Shown piece by piece: positions 62,690 through 64,000 of a stretch of 64,000 nt of DNA (its first letter is position 1; every line of letters begins with the position of its first letter). A program made the translations under genes and the position numbers. The stretch covers positions 114,018,001-114,082,000 of the forward strand of contig NC_073378.1 in the NCBI RefSeq assembly GCF_028641065.1. Direction: 5' to 3'. This DNA comes from Leucoraja erinacea (Eukaryota). The notes under the pieces were generated by a model. It saw only the letters and a list, made by a program, of their open reading frames with translations. It searched no databases and was not told where the DNA came from.

Positions 62690-62960
62690 TTTATTCTTTC
62701 AAGGGATGAGGGTTTAACAGGCTGAGCCAACAATTATTTGCCCTCCATAATTGTCTTTGAGAAAGTGGTGCCTTCATGGACTGCGACAGTCCTTGACATG
62801 TGGTTATAACTACAATGATTTTCAGGAGAATTACAGGAGTTTGATCCAGCGTCGGTGAAGAATGGCAAAATATTTCCAAGTCAGGATGGCGTGTGGCTTG
62901 GTGGACAACTTCCAGGTGGCGGAGTTCTCAAATTTTTCTTGCCCTTGTACTAGCTGGCAG
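62690..62960 (-). mobile_element. Old CR1-type LINE 3' end
   Basis: Reverse-complement relative of 33040-33460 (tttattc...ttgagaaagtggtg...atatttccaagtcaggatgg). Confidence 0.6.
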
Positions 62961-63159
62961 AGGTTGTGGTTTTGTAAAGATACTTTCCAAGGAGTAATAA
63001 AGCCAAACGATAAAAGATATACCAGCCCAAAACAAAGCAACCAGTCCCAAATTCTGCTAACAGTCGGAAGGATCTCAAACACAAGCAAATGACACATACC
63101 AAATGTAAATGTTTATCAAACCCACACAATGATTTAAACCTTGCACAATACTAAACAAC

Positions 63160-63336
63160 GTACCTCGGTGACTGCCAATCACCCCCCCCCCCCCCCCCCC
63201 GGATACTTATTATTTATTTTTTATTCAAATCGTTTGCTATGTCGCTCTTCAAGGGAGATGCTAAACGCATTTCGTTGTCTCTGTACTGTACACTGACAAT
63301 GACAATTGAAATTGAATCTGAATCTGAATCTGAATC
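63160..63336 (+). mobile_element. LINE 3' UTR with a C-run and (TGAATC)n tail
   Basis: catttcgttgtctctgtactgtacactgacaatgacaatt...tgaatctgaatctgaatctgaatc. Confidence 0.7.
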
Positions 63337-64000
63337 ACAACTAAAATTCAAGGGGAAAACAATTATATCTAGCCCAACTTTTATACCTTCAACAACATCA
63401 CTGGATTAATTAAGTGCAACCTGTTTTAACAAAGTTGAGATGAAAATACATCTCATCAATTTAAAAGTCAGAATTTGTTTTCTCTGTCATAATGGCATTT
63501 AAACTGCCAGGCAAAATCTGTCCTGAAACACTTCTGGCAATCGTAGGCACAGCGATGGTTAATCCAATCGCATTCTGAATGCAAAAACACCCGGAAGTTA
63601 TTTTATATAACGTTTTCTAGCTAATTTGCCAAACCGGGTTTTATACCTCATTAAGAGAGCATACAGAACTAAGATGAATTTTTATTCGTCTTTTTTTTAA
63701 ATATACGAACGTTGAATTAACCACACAATAATCTTGAAGTGACTCAATGTATGCTCGTACAACAAGAACATTTACACTGCATAAAAGGAGGCTAAGAAAT
63801 ATTGCTATTAATAGGACAGATGTCAAAACTGGAACATTTGAGATCCCTATTCAGGTCATCTAACAAAATAATTTTGGTTAGAACACATTACAGATAAAAC
63901 CCAATCTGATTCCGCAGTGATATTCAAACTACACCAGAAATAATATTCTTGTCAGTTCTGAGGTATTTTATCTGCGAAGATCCAAGCCTGGCACTTTATT

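Noticed and set aside
63555-63600. CCAAT plus ETS (CCGGAAGT) motifs as the KMT2C promoter
   Set aside because: Two short motifs in AT-rich sequence, with no CpG island and no evident first-exon donor, are not enough support.

Overview
This is eukaryotic, repeat-rich genomic DNA. The repeat repertoire (V-domain tRNA SINEs with CR1 tails, abundant CR1 and Rex1/Babar LINEs, Tc1 elements) points to a cartilaginous fish such as a skate or ray; that assignment is an inference. The whole window lies inside one minus-strand gene, the 5' part of KMT2C (MLL3). Three coding exons were read by hand: 60139-60299 (MSSEDKSV...DKRPRGRPRKDG, AT-hook), 15018-15100 (TRSRGKMVVDDDDSMDGLETTE) and 2746-2881 (...LQRTVSDESASSIAS...). 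All have GT-AG sites and compatible phases, and are separated by introns of about 45 kb and 12 kb. The introns hold four full-length Tc1 transposons, two of them Passport-like with one a single base from an intact ORF. They also hold L1, Rex1/Babar, CR1, RTE and Vingi-like LINE fragments, V-SINEs, Harbinger-type MITEs, a Helitron-like end and a G-rich minisatellite of at least 2.4 kb. The most unusual signals are: (i) a family of short Penelope-like repeats carrying a minimal type-I hammerhead ribozyme core, found as TSD-flanked ~92-nt units and as head-to-head palindromes; (ii) a TA-flanked MITE built from nested palindromes with flip/flop loops; (iii) two Passport copies with complementary lesions; (iv) two frame-compatible candidate cassette exons in the large intron. 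Most ORFs in the supplied track are spurious or are transposon fragments.
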